A stretch of 64,000 bases of DNA, taken from the IMG/VR virus record IMGVR_UViG_3300032007_000068, positions 11,926-75,925 of that record; one strand, 5' to 3'. A program made the translations under genes and the position numbers. Positions 1-12,695 of the stretch are shown here, one piece after another; position 1 is the stretch's first letter; every line of letters starts with the position of its first letter. The stretch is from a virus. Taxonomy: Duplodnaviria > Caudoviricetes. Below the pieces are notes generated by a model. The model worked only from the letters and a program-made list of their open reading frames with translations, was not told where the DNA came from and did not search any database.

Positions 1-2
1 GA

Positions 3-425
3 TTTATTTTATTCAAAGAGGGCGAATAGCCTAAAACAATAGATGAGGGAAATTTTAATATATTCCAAGCAGCAATTAAAGAGGTTCTTTGTGTAAATAG
101 TATCTTCTAGGGTAAACACGTGGTATATAACCCCGCAAATAGTAAGGCTAAAGCAATAGCCGATAAATTAATGCGCGGGCGCCAGAAGGTGGCGGCGCAA
201 AAGTCGGGGTAGGAAGGCGGTAGCGTCTTCGTTTAGTATTTATCTATATTAACAGTGCGTGGTGTTTTAGCCGTATCTGAGTGGCGTTCGCTTACTCTGT
301 TCGCATTGTTTGATTTGATATAGAGGAACAATTTATTTATAGATTGGGATATTGATTTAAGGGTTCGTTTGGCAGGCGGAAGCCCAGATTCAAAAGTTGA
401 ACCCTGGACTAAAAACTTATATTAA
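3..425 (+). CDS. 5'-truncated hypothetical virion-module protein upstream of the tail tube gene (code 15)
   Basis: Frame 3 is open from the window edge to TAA 423-425 if four TAG codons are read as Gln: ...YNPANSKAKAIADKLMRGRQKVAAQK...WDIDLRVRLAGGSPDSKVEPWTKNLY. It is followed directly by the RBS of the next gene. Confidence 0.75.
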
Positions 426-439
426 GGAGGAAACACTAT

Positions 440-1591
440 ATGCGTTTTGGTGTTCGTGAATGCGCGGATGTTGTTTTCCGTGCTAAGGGCAAAATGAAGG
501 TTGGTAATAGAACCTTCTATAAAAATGAGCCTGTTTGTTATTTTGACACTTTAACGACTTCGGCCCTTGAGGGTGCTGCTACTACCGTGTATGCCACTGG
601 TGGACGCGGCGGTGCTCGTTTAATGGGTTGGGACGGTGAGCGTACTGTTACGTTTAGTATGACCGACGCTCTTATATCTCCCGAGGGACTTATGATTCTT
701 ACTGGTGCTGGCTTAATAGAAGCTTCGACTACTGCGCCTCTGTATGTCCATACTACCTCTCAGGTAGCCGCAAAAACCATTGGTACTGGTGCTGATGCTA
801 AGGTAATTGTTGAGCTTCCTCAGGTTGCTTGCTGGAGCCACTCTGGTGAGCTGGAAGCCCTTGAAAACGATGGATATGATTTTACTCAGCTTTATCGTGC
901 TGGCGCCGATATTTTCCTTATGCCGCTTCATAATGGTGAAGTCGTTTCTGCGCCTGTTATTCCGGCTCGCTCCGGTGTTTGCTATGTAATGGAGGACGGC
1001 AAGCCCGTTAAGACCCAGATAGTTTGCTATCCAAATGGCAAATCTCTTGCTGATGGCGATATCGTTCTTGTTGATTATTATGTTAAGAGAACTGGTAATG
1101 TAAAGCAGATTGATATTGAGCCTGATAAGTTCGGTGGTTACTTCTATATCGAGGCTAGCACGCTGTTCCGCGATGAGGCTACCGGTCAGGATATGCCCGC
1201 TGAGTTTATAATTCCGAAGGCTAAGGTCCAGTCTAACTTCACCTTTACGATGGCTGCGACTGGCGATCCTTCCACCTTCGATTTCACGATGGATGCTTTC
1301 CCTGACTATACGAAGTTTGATGGCGAGAAGAAAGTTCTTGCTTCTATTCAGATAGTTGAGGAAGTTGACGAGGATACTTCCGATGATGAGTATCGTAAGC
1401 ATATTGACCTTGCTTCCGGCCAGGGCGCTGTAACGACCAAGGTTGATAATGACCATCGTTCTATGTATGCTACTGCGAATGAGTTCGGTAAGCTCCTTGG
1501 TGAGCATCCCGCTCCTCTGAGCAATGATCCTGATAAGGCTAAGGACGGCAACGGTTACGTCTTTAATACCAACGTGGCTGACACTAATTAA
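440..1591 (+). CDS. Putative major tail (tube) protein
   Basis: 383 aa with an AGGAGG RBS. It lies upstream of the chaperone and tape measure genes, has a tube-like C-terminal motif (QSNFTFTMAATGDPSTFDFTMDAFP) and high-expression codon bias, and is followed by a terminator. It has no TAG; all 9 Gln codons are CAG. Confidence 0.7.
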   Translation: MRFGVRECADVVFRAKGKMKVGNRTFYKNEPVCYFDTLTTSALEGAATTVYATGGRGGARLMGWDGERTVTFSMTDALISPEGLMILTGAGLIEASTTAPLYVHTTSQVAAKTIGTGADAKVIVELPQVACWSHSGELEALENDGYDFTQLYRAGADIFLMPLHNGEVVSAPVIPARSGVCYVMEDGKPVKTQIVCYPNGKSLADGDIVLVDYYVKRTGNVKQIDIEPDKFGGYFYIEASTLFRDEATGQDMPAEFIIPKAKVQSNFTFTMAATGDPSTFDFTMDAFPDYTKFDGEKKVLASIQIVEEVDEDTSDDEYRKHIDLASGQGAVTTKVDNDHRSMYATANEFGKLLGEHPAPLSNDPDKAKDGNGYVFNTNVADTN

Positions 1592-1600
1592 AATCCTATT

Positions 1601-1636
1601 GAGGGAGAGATGATTAAATATCTCTCCCTCTTTTTT
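1601..1636 (+). terminator. Intrinsic terminator
   Basis: GAGGGAGAGA...TCTCTCCCTC 10-bp stem followed by TTTTTT. Confidence 0.85.
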
Positions 1637-1659
1637 GTTACGAGAGAAAGGAGGTAAGG

Positions 1660-3195
1660 ATTATTTCTATTGTTGTTCAATTAAAGCCATATGGAGAGAA
1701 TGAGAATGGGAAACCTCGTGTACAATTATCCAACTTGGTATATGTGCATTTAGAACCCGAAGATGTAGATTAGGATAAGATAACAAGTGAGATACCTTCA
1801 AAAATAATAAAATCTAATCCTGTTAATAAACTTGATGTTCTTTTAAAAAGCTATTTAAAGCGTCTAGGAAACACTGTCTAGGTCGGTTTATCCGCGGGGA
1901 CTAAAAGCTTATATTAGGCACTTGTAGATGGCACTTTTTCAGAGGAACAGATAGATAATTTGTTAAAAAATGTTGCTGTCTCTTTGAACAAAGAACTGCT
2001 AGAAAAGACAGATAATTTGTTAGAAAGTGCTAATAACGAGCCGCCAAAGACAATAGTATCTAATATAGTGGCTAATTTTGCTAGCTTTCGAGATAATAAA
2101 GACAATGAAGGTAAGAACTTGGCGGCTTTTTTTGATGCCATATATCAAGCAGTAGAAGAGGCTGAAGCATTAGAAGAAAATGATAAACAGGCTTGGGAGA
2201 CTTTTAAAGACGAATTTAAGACAAATATAATGAATGCTAAATCTGGAATGAAATTAATAGAATATAGTTCAACGGGCAGCAAGGTTTTTAGTAAAATAAC
2301 TCGAATTTTACAACGAGTGGCTAAGAAATATGCTGGCTTGCAGGGGGAATATAGCAACATCTCTTTGGCTGGTTCCTTAAACTATTTACTTAAAGGCCCT
2401 TTAGTAGGTGAAAAGAGTGGAGCCACGCGCGCTCTGAATTAGGTGCTTGGGGCTGCAGGACATAATATGGTAGAAATTATGGAAAAAAGCAAGTTATTTG
2501 TAAAATCAATAGGTTCTGACCCTAGCGACTCTACTAAAAAATTTCAGAAAGCAGACTATGAGATAACAGGAGCAACTATGAAGTACCGCGCTAGCATTGA
2601 TGGTACAGCTAAAAATCCAGTTATTTTATAGGAGTTAATTGGAAGCCTTAAGTAGCTAGATAATTTTAATTTGAATACTTAGAATTATGGTAACATTACC
2701 ATCGAACATAAAGGTAGTTTATATAATTTGATGTTACAAGAAGGGTATAGTGCCTATGCTGCGGCGAATATTATAACTCATTCGGATAAACAAGAGCCTG
2801 AGTTTTTCCCGCAGCAACTTCATTCTTTTTATTAGTTTTTATTGCGTAATTATCTTATTGATTTTTTGGCAGGACGAGAAGGGGAAAAAACAGTATTAAT
2901 GTTAGACGTTAATGGTTATAAATATCCTATTTTTTCAATTATAAAAGAATATATCAATACAATGAAAACCGATGGAAAATTTGATCAATATAATAAAAAT
3001 AATTTAATTTATATAAAAACCTCTATTCCAGATAATAAAAAAGAAGGTTCGCAATAGAACAATATTTAGGATGCTTTGGAACGTAGTAACGCTGTATTGA
3101 AGATAATAAATAAACTAATTGTGGAAATTAAAATGAATAGTCACAAATTGGCTAAATTAATTAGCAATTTACCTGGTCTTAAACCTTTGACCTAA
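1660..3195 (+). CDS. Hypothetical protein, about 511 aa (code 15; probable ATT start)
   Basis: Track fragments 1960-2442, 2443-2631 and 2842-3057 share a frame and are separated only by TAG. The frame is open from 1660 to TAA 3193-3195. AAGGAGG at 1648-1654 is followed by in-frame ATT codons at 1660 and 1663. Confidence 0.7.
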
Positions 3196-3215
3196 TTAAA
3201 AAAATATGGTATTAT
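3187..3215 (+). promoter_or_regulatory. sigmaA/sigma70-type promoter with extended -10
   Basis: TTGACC-17 nt-TATTAT with TG at -15/-14, upstream of the gene at 3251. Confidence 0.65.
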
Positions 3216-3250
3216 TAAAATATCAAAAGAGTAAAAGGAGATTGATATAA

Positions 3251-3778
3251 ATGTTATATAACGATTTAGAGCTGACTATTGCGATTCCCGAGCCTATAAC
3301 TATTACCATAGGCGACAAAGAAATTAAAGTAGTTCAGTATTTACCTATGGATAAAAAGATGGAGCTTATTTCAGATATTCTGTTTCTCGCTGTAGACCCG
3401 CAGACTGGAGTGTTTAGTCCCATGCGGACAGAAGTAGCTTTTTGCGTTAAGATGATGGACTATTATACTGATTTAGAGATGCCAACCGACCTGACCGAAC
3501 TAACTGCGGCATACGATGTGCTTGAAACCAATGGTATTTTCGACCAGGCGATTGGCGCCATCCCGCAAATAGAATATGATGATTTAACGCAGTATCTTGA
3601 AGATTGTATTGCTTCTGCTACTGCTTATAATACTTCCTTTGCGGGGGTACTCCAGGCTATGTCCAATGATGCGGGGACGCTGAGTACCGATATGGAAAAA
3701 CTAATGGAGAGTATTAAGAACCGTGAAGGTTTAGAGCTTTTATCTGAAATTAAGAATGCGGCGGGTAAAGAAGATTAA
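3251..3778 (+). CDS. Putative tail assembly chaperone
   Basis: 175-aa acidic protein with an AAGGAG RBS, located between the tail tube and tape measure genes (positional inference). Confidence 0.5.
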   Translation: MLYNDLELTIAIPEPITITIGDKEIKVVQYLPMDKKMELISDILFLAVDPQTGVFSPMRTEVAFCVKMMDYYTDLEMPTDLTELTAAYDVLETNGIFDQAIGAIPQIEYDDLTQYLEDCIASATAYNTSFAGVLQAMSNDAGTLSTDMEKLMESIKNREGLELLSEIKNAAGKED

Positions 3779-3807
3779 TTTATCAGCGATATTTTTTATT
3801 TAATATA
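3761..3807 (+). promoter_or_regulatory. Copy of recurrent 47-nt promoter-like motif
   Basis: GCGGGTAAAGAAGATTAATTTATC...ATTTTTTATTTAATATA. It shares AAGATTAATTTATC at the same offset with the copy at 24598. Confidence 0.5.
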
Positions 3808-3818
3808 GAGAACTAATG

Positions 3819-3846
3819 AAGGGTTTGAGTTTCTCAAACCCTTTTT
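3819..3846 (+). terminator. Intrinsic terminator upstream of the tape measure gene
   Basis: AAGGGTTTGAG-TTT-CTCAAACCCTT 11-bp stem followed by a T run. Confidence 0.8.
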
Positions 3847-3878
3847 CGCATATATTGAGTAAAAGGAGGAAAAATTTT

Positions 3879-6800
3879 ATGGCTATCCAACAATATGGTA
3901 TTAAATATCGTGTTGGTTTTGAAACCGATTAGGCTTCTTTATAGAAAACAGTAAATGAAGCTATAAGTGCTTTGTAGAAGATAGGTACTAACAGCTAGTT
4001 TGGTGTTGCTAAAGAATTATAGAATGCTAGTAGTGCGGCATATAAGCTAGGTAGTATACTCAAAAATTCCATTAATATGGATACCGGAAAGTTTGAGATA
4101 GATAAATTCTAGCAAAAATTATAGCAAAGCGGCATGACTTTAGAGTAGTATCGCGATGAGCTAGCTTAGTTAGGTCCGCAAGGTAAAAATGCTTTTGGGC
4201 AGGTTGCTGATGCTATTACTTCAGCCGAGTTACCAATGCGGCGTGTAAATACTTTATTAGACAAGCTCTGGGCTACTATGAAGAATACTATTAGGTGGCA
4301 ATTTACTTCTAGGGCTTGGATGACACTATTAAGTTCTATTAGAACTGCTTATTCATATAGCTAGGACTTAAATACAAGTTTAAATAATATTCGTATAGTA
4401 ACTGGGCATAATGCGGACGAGATGGCTAGATTTGCGGAAAACGCGAATAAGGCTGCCGCTAAATTAAATACTACTACCACTGAATATGCAGATGCTTCTC
4501 TTATCTATTTCCAACAGGGCTTCGATGATGCGGAAGTGGAACGTAGAACTGCTGTTACGATTAAGCTAGCTAATGCGGCCGGCATTTCCGCAGAGCAAGC
4601 ATCTTCGCAATTAACCGCTATTTGGAATAACTTCTCTGACGGTTCGGACAATCTGGAACGATATGCGGATGTGTTGGTTAAATTAGGCGCTACGACTGCA
4701 TCTAGTTCAGAAGAAATTTCCAAAGGTATGTAGAAGTTTGCGGCAGTTGCGGATACGGTTGGATTAAGTTATGACTATGCTGCCTCAGCTCTTGCTACTA
4801 TTGTTGCTGAAACGCGTACTAGTGCGGAAGAAGTTGGTACTTCATTAAGAACTATATTTGCTCGTTTTGAGAGTTTAAAGCTTGGAGAGACTCTTGAAGA
4901 CGGTGTTGATTTAAATAAATATACTGCGGCTCTTGCTTCTGTTGGAGTTAATGTACTTGACTCTAATGGCGAGTTGCGACAGATGGACGATATCTTAGAT
5001 GATATATTTAAGAAATGGCAAAATCTAAATCAAGCGCAATAGAATGCTTTAGCAACTACTGTTGCCGGTGTTAGACAGTATGCTAACTTTATTGCATTGT
5101 TTAAGAATGCTGATACTTTCTATCAGAATGTTGAAACGGCGCAAGGCGCTACTGGCGCTTTGCAAGAATAGGCTGATATATATGCTCAGAGTTGGGAAGC
5201 TGCGAAAGACCAGGTAAAAAATGCGGCTTAGGATATATATGATAGTCTAATTAACGCAGATTTCTTTATTGATTTTGATAACAACATTCTTGCTCCTCTT
5301 TTACACGGCATAGCCAGTGTTATAGATGGATTTGGTGGATTAAAGGGATTGTTACCCACTATTGCTGGTTATTTAACCATGATATTTGGTCCTCAAATAA
5401 CTAGCTTTATGGACAATTTTGCTTATAACCTACGAGTTATTTCTGGTATAGAGGCATAGAGGGCTAGAGATTTACAAGCTGAGGCCATGCAACTCAAAGC
5501 TGGCATGGCAGTTGACACTGGCGATACTACAGAGCAAGAGAGAGTTGACTTAGAAAACCAAGTTTTAAAATTAAAAACAAAAATTTTATAGACATCAACT
5601 CAATATTCAGAAGCATAGCAAGAAGACATTAGAACTTAGGCTAATTTAATTGATGAACTGATAGCCCAATGGAAAGAGGCAGCCAAGCAAGCTAAAGAGT
5701 ATGAGGATACGGTAGAATATACTAAATCAAATTTATCTAAAAAGGTTGAAGAAAAACTACCTCAAGCTTTACAAGCACAAGGTATCAAAGTAAAAGAAGG
5801 ATAGACAATAGCAGTACATGAATAGCTATCCAAAGATTATACAGGAGATAAATATTATACTCGTCCAGAAGCCTTGCAGGGATATAAGGGGCAATCTGAT
5901 AGTGATGTAACTTCTTTCTTTTTGGGCAAAGATACGGAAACAATTAAATAGTAGATTCAACAAGAGATTAATGTGATAGAAGAAGAATTAAAACAACTAG
6001 ATGGAATTGAGGTCGATGATGGTTATATAAAAGGGTTAAAAGCCAGTTTAAAAGAAGCCCAGGCTGATTTAGAAGCTTTAAATAATATTACGGTAATTCC
6101 TAAAATAGATGTTTCTTAGCTTGACTTAAAGGAAAGCGAGAAAATTCTTGAAGAAGGTTCAATATTAAATTTAAAGCTGAATTTAGAAGCTACAGACGCA
6201 AAGGGCAAGGTTGCCGAGATTTTAGGTAGTGTCGATAAATTGCAATCCTTGTTTAAATAGCTCGGTACACGAGAAGGCGGTTTAGAGGCTATTCGGCAAC
6301 AATTTGCACAATTGGATACATCAACAAAGTTAAGTAAAGAAGAAGCAGAGGCTTTGTCTGCCGAGTTTAAGCAATTAGGACTTAATCCTGACCAATTTGT
6401 CCATGAAGGAGATACAATACAACAGGTTTTAGACCAAATAAGCCAAGCTACAAAAGAGACTAAGACCGTAAGCGAGGAATGGATAGGGGCTTTAGAAAAA
6501 GTTGCTGGGACGGATCCTGATTTAAAAGGGCTTTTAGCTAATCTTAAACAAACTGCGGAAAGTAGTAGGTAGGCTGGACAAGCTAATGTAAACGCAGCCG
6601 GAGCTTATCATTAGGCAGCAAATGGAGTAGTAGTACTGGCTAAGAAAGCGGGAGAAGCTGAGAAGTAGGTAAAAAGTTTTTCATAGCAAACTACCATGGC
6701 TATTTAGGGTATTACTGCTGGCTTGGGCGCAGTTACTGCTTTTTCTTCTTCCATAAAAATACTAGGGGATTCTTCTGCGGACGCTACTGCTAAATTCGGC

Positions 6801-9800
6801 GCTGTTCGTTCAATGGTTTATTCTGCGATACCAGCGATTAATAGTCTTGGTAAAGCAATAGAAGGCATTAAGAATAAGACAGCTGTAGCCGGTGGTTGGA
6901 TAACTATTGTTATTACTGTTCTTGCCACTTTAATTTCTGTATTATCAAAAGCCGGTGTATTTAAAACACCTTTTGAAAAAGCTGCTGAATCAGTTAAGAA
7001 GTATAAAGAAGAATTAGAAGATTTAAATAATTCTATTGAGAGTAACGAAAAAGAACTTGAAACCATGCAGAAACGCATGAAAGAGCTAGAAGCTATTAAG
7101 GTTCCTAGTTTGGCAGAAGCTGAAGAATTAGAGAATTTACGCATTAAAAATAATTTATTAGCTTACTAGACTGAAGAATTAAAGAGATAGAGGAAAGAAA
7201 CTTAGAAGTTATTAGCAGCCGAACGAAAAAGAATGGCTGAATCTGGTTCTGATGCAATGTCTGAGGCAGTGCGGTCCAAGAGAGGCGGTTTCTTTGCTGA
7301 TGTTGGTGATTTTATAACTGGAAGTTCTAATGAGTCCCAAGCAGAAAAATGGGTTAGTCAAAAAGCATTTGCTAATTTTATGGAAGATTAGAAGATGGGG
7401 CAAGTCGAGGCTTATTGGGCTATAGATTCTGGCAAGTATAACAAAGAGATAAAAGCCGCGAGAGAATAGGCTTTATTGGAATTTAGACAAGAATTTAGAG
7501 AAACGGAACAAACTGCTTTACAAGATTTTCAAGATTATGTTGAATTATAGACAGAGCTGGGTTTAAAAATAGAAGAAGAGCAAGTTCAGCTATTGGCTAG
7601 TACTATGAAAGCGTATTGGCTTGAAGACTTTGAAACTGGTTATGTTGGTCCAGTTTTAAATGCCTTCTCTTAGAGTCATGGTGAGATTGTTGAAGCCTTA
7701 ATCAAAGGAACAACATTGTCCGATGAAGAAAAATAGCAGTTATTAACTAGTGGGTTAACGATAGAAGATGCGGCAAGCGCGATAGGTAATTTAAAAGAAC
7801 ATTTTAGATAGTTTACTGGTGGAGAAAGTTGGCTAAATAGCCTTTCTGCGCAAGAAATTAGTTATTTGTTAACTTTAGATTTAGACGATAAATCATTAAC
7901 CGATGCTTAGAAAATAATTGATAATTATAGAGGTGAGTTGGCCGCTGAAGTTGAGGCCGCTGGGAAGGTTTTATCTGCCTATAATAAGGCTAACCATTAG
8001 AGTATTTTGGATAAAATAGCTGCAACTAAAGATCTTACCGATAAAGAATTAGAATACTTGTAGGCATTAGAAAAAGAGTATGATTTATTAAATCTTTTAA
8101 GTGGCGATAGAAGTTCGGCGGCTTATCAAAGAGAACTATTTAACATTTAGAATATAGAAGAAGCAAGAGGGATTTTGACTCAAATTGATACCGTTTTAGA
8201 GCAAGGTGCTTTAGGTAAAGCCAAACATTTAGCTTCTTTATCTGAGCAACTTGAAACGGAAAGAGACAATAGAACCAACTTAGTTTTTAACGCAACTAAA
8301 ATGCATGGCCAAATTATCCAAGGCGATATTACTACTCCTTTATCTCAAGAACAAGAGGCAGCTTTATAGTATATATTGCCCGGGGTAACAAATCTTTTAT
8401 AGAGAAACGGGACTACTACTCAAGCGCAAGAATATATAAAAAAATATACAAGCGGGCTGTTTGATAATATAAATATGACCGATTTTGTAGAGAACATAAA
8501 TTAGGACCTGGATGCTGGATATACAACGGATGAAATTAATCAAAGAGCTACAGAAAGAATAAAGAGTTGGGTATCAGAGAGCGAAGAAGTTCAAAAATTA
8601 AAAACAGAATATCAAAAATTAAATGAAGAAATAGAGGATAGTACAAAAAAAGTAAATTAGTTAGAAGAAGATATTGACTCACTTGCCATTTCTAACATTT
8701 CCTTTAAAGAATTAGTAAAATCTGCGCAAGAGCTTGGTTCTTATTTAGCGCAAGATTTGGCTTCTGATATTGATTATATTGCTGCTCGTTTTGATGCTAT
8801 GAGCAAGGCTGATAAAATTTTAGCTTCTGGATTTACCGTTACTATAGATGAGGCTAAAGCTTTAGCTGAGGCCTATCCTGGCATTTTAGAAAGCTATGAG
8901 ACTACTAGTGATGGTTTAATAAAGATAGATGAAAAAATAGCAGAATCTGCTAAACAAACCGCTAAAACATAGATTGATGAAGATATTAAAGTAGCTTTGA
9001 GTAAGGCTCAAACTGCTATAAAATATTATGAAATATAGCTACAATTATATGATGATGCTATTACAGCCTTAAAGGAAAATCAAGATGATTCACAACAAGC
9101 TATTGAATAGCACGAAAAAGCAAAAAATGGGTTAGAAGAAAATGCAGCGTCTGTTTCTGCGGGGATTGCTAAAGAATTAGCAGATGATGTAATTGGTTTT
9201 TCAGACGATTCAACTAATGCGGCTATTATTGATGCAGAAAATTACGCTGACGCCTGGACTAGTTCTTATGCAGCGGTAGAAAAAGCATATTATCAATATG
9301 TAAAATCATATGAAGCTGGTCAGAAAGTTCTTGCTGCGGCGGATGAACAACAATGGCTTTTGGCTAGGCAACATTTAGGTGAAATGGGGCGTGTAACAGC
9401 TGCTTATCACTCTGCGGCCACTCTACAAAACAATGCCTTGGAAGGAGATTTTACTTTTGGGTTTAGTTCTGAAGAAGCATGGAAAAAAGCCATGCTATCC
9501 GACGACCCAGAGCTTCGCAAAACGGCTAGAGACGCAGCGATAAAATAGTATCAAGCGTTACGAGAAGGAGCTGCAAGTACTTTAGATATGTTGCGTGCCT
9601 ATGAAGGCGAACTAATGCTAAGGCAAGCGGGTACTTATAATACAGACAAGTCCAAAAAATCTGGTGGTTCTAAATCTGAGGCAAAAGAAAAAGAGGCTTT
9701 AAAATGGCAATTAGAGCGTTACCACGAAATCTCTCGTGAAATAGCTTATCAAGAGCGTCAAGTTAGCAAATTAGATAAAACTATTTCTAGAGCCTACGGC

Positions 9801-12647
9801 GCGAATAAGCTACAAGCGTTCGCGGATAAAGAAAAAGCTTTAAATAAACAGCTAGTCTTAGAGCAAGAAAAGCTTCAAGAAGCTAGTGAAAAGTGGCTCG
9901 AAGCTGATAAAGCGGCTTTAGAAGAGTTGGGTGTTGGAGTTTAGTTTGATGCGGGAACGGGCGAAATATCTAACTATAGTGAGATTATGACTGCGGCCGC
10001 CGATGCACAGTAGAAAGCTATAGATAAATATAATGCTTATGTTAAAGAACATCCTAACGCTACTACAGAAGAGCTGAAGAAATATCAAGAAGCGATGGAC
10101 GCAACTCAAGAGAGAATGTCTGATATTACCGATGCTATTAAGAATTACGAAGATAGCTTAACCAAAGTAGCTGAATAGCAAGAAAAAGTAGCAGAGATTT
10201 AGAGGTCAATAGCAGATAATAGATTGGCTGCTTTTGATGCCACATTGCAACTTAAATTAGATGTACAATCGGTTAAGGATGCTGTTAATGAATTAAATAA
10301 AGCTTTTATTCAAGCCAACGGTGATGTGCTAGATTATGGCGTAGACTTACTTGGAGCCAGAGAAAAAGATTTTGATGGGTTAATGACCAATATTAAAAGC
10401 AGGTTAGACTATGCTAAACAGTTAGCTTATGAATTAAAAAACCAAAAAGAAGAAACCGATGTTGCTAAAACAACTGAAAATCTTAAAAACACTATTTCTG
10501 AATTAATGTCAGATGCCAAATCTGCTTTAGAGTTTATCGCAGAATGGGAAAAGCTATATGCGGATGCAGTTAATGCGGCCATGGAACGATTTAACTGGTA
10601 TATTTCGCGGCTATCTCATAATAGCACGGTTGCTAGTACAATTAAAGAGCTGCTTACTCTTTAGGGCGTTACTAATAAGACAGCCGATGGATTCGGCAAG
10701 TTACAAAAGGTTTTACAAACCTAGCTCGATGCCGCTATTACCCAAGGTAAGCTTCAAAAAGATGCTTATGATTACTGGACTGCGCAGGTAGCTATCGCTA
10801 ATGAGAATTGGAACTCTGTAAAAGATAATGTAGACGATATTAACTATGACCGCTACAAGAATGATTTACAAGCCGTTATAGCATAGCAAGAAGCAGCCGA
10901 AGATGCTATGTTAGCTTCAGCGAAGGAATCTATGGAACTGGCTCGTACGATGTACGAGGAGTAGCTTGAAAGAGCTAAAATTGAGTTCGAATAGATAATG
11001 ACTGACGGTTCTAGTATTAGCGAATTACAAAAACAGTTTGACCACTTCATCGACGAAAATGAACGATACTTTGATGACGTTAATACTGCTTATCATATAG
11101 CAGATTGGCAAGCTAAGCTGCAGGCTGACATAGATAATACCACTAATGCGGCGCATAGGCAATAGCTACAGCTTCTTCAAGAAGAAATAGAAACTAGAGC
11201 TGAAGGCGGCAAATTAAACCAATATGACCTAGATATTCTGAATGCAAAGTACAACCAAATGCAAGCTCTTATGGCTTTGGAAGATGCCCGGAATAATAAG
11301 AATACTTTGCGGCTGGTGCGGGATAGCTAGGGCAACTGGAACTATCAGTACACCAACAACGCGGATGATGTAGCTGCATAGGAGCAAAAGCTCGCGCAAG
11401 CAAATAATGAGTATTACAATATTGCTAAGAAACAAACTCAAGATGTTACTAGCTAGATTATTTCATTATGGCAAGAGTGTGAGGATGAGATTGATGAAAT
11501 CTTTAAAGATTCTACTCTTACTGAAGAGGAGCGCAATGCCAAAATAGCAGAGCGTAAAGCCTATTACGCGCAGAAGGCCGTAGACTTAGAACGTGAAAAA
11601 AACCAAGCCATTGCAGATATGACTGCGGCGGCTACTGCGGCGGGCATTGAGTTCTCTAATTCTTATATAGCTAGATTAAGTGAAATGACTACAAAGAATG
11701 TTGATTTTGAAGCAAATTTAGATACTTTGTTAAACAAATGCTCTAATTATTATAATGACTTTTCTACTGTTGTTGCGGGGGTTGCCGAAGATACTGGTAC
11801 TAATATTAGTAGCTTAGATGGCTATACGAACAACTTAGCTGAGTCAACCCGCAACTTTGGCGATGACGCAAAGGAGGCTTGGGGTAAAGCAAAAACTGCT
11901 TTGGAAGAATATGCAGAAGTATTAAATGGTCTGGTACCTACTATGGAAATGGCTAGCCAAACTGCGAAAAATTTAAAAGTAACTGGCGATGCAGTCGCAG
12001 AAGCTACAGAATAGGCTAGCGGTTTAGGATACCACGATGAAATTGTATATGACCAATTAGGAGCTTATGCCAAATCTACGGGAGCTTCTACCGGTATTTT
12101 ACGATAGATATATAATGAACGGCAAATGAAAATTTCAGCTAATCCAGAATTGAGTAAGTATTCTATGTCTTGGGAAGAATTTTTACAGCATATAAATGGA
12201 TTAACTAAATATCAAGTTGGCAATATATCCGATGCCACTTTAGCTAAATTTAAAGATTGGCTTAATTTAATGGGGATTCAAAGCCTAGCCACTGGCGGTT
12301 ATACTGGTGATTTTTCAGATGGTAGATTAGCTCTGCTTCACGAAAAAGAACTAGTCCTTAATTCACAAGATACTAGGAATATTCTTACCGCAGTTGCCTT
12401 GACGCGCCAAATGGCAGCAACGCTTGAGGCAGCTATAGATGGTTCTGCGAACGCTGGCCTAGCTTTAATGCGGAGTCGCTTTGGTGAGCGTATAGAAATA
12501 CCCGCTTTACCCGGCGATCAATTAGAGCAAATGATACATATAGATCAAATAGAGTTCCCCAATGTGACCACTGCTTCAGAAATCCAAGAGGCTTTCCGCA
12601 ACTTAGCAGACAATGCGTCACAATGGGCTAGACGGAGGAAAAGCTAA
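3879..12647 (+). CDS. Tail tape measure protein, about 2922 aa (code 15)
   Basis: ATG 3879 follows AAAGGAGG. All + strand track fragments from 4422 to 12126 are in the same frame (position mod 3 = 0), and in the stretches read by hand they are separated only by TAG. It has a TP901-like core (GMQKFAAVADTVGLSYDYAASALATIVAETRTSAEEVGTSLRTIFAR), long Ala/Glu/Lys-rich helical stretches and a C-terminal LATGGYTG...LLHEKELVLN motif. It ends in TAA. Confidence 0.92.
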
Positions 12648-12667
12648 GGGGAGCGCAATCTCCCCTT
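12646..12667 (+). terminator. Hairpin after the tape measure stop codon (weak terminator or processing site)
   Basis: AAGGGGAG-CGCAAT-CTCCCCTT stem with no long U tract. Confidence 0.4.
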
Positions 12668-12695
12668 CCTCCAAGGAGAGAAAGGAGTTTTATTT

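Noticed and set aside
713-1507. 264-aa minus-strand ORF
   Set aside because: Antisense shadow of the codon-biased tail tube gene. It has no RBS and no recognisable motifs.
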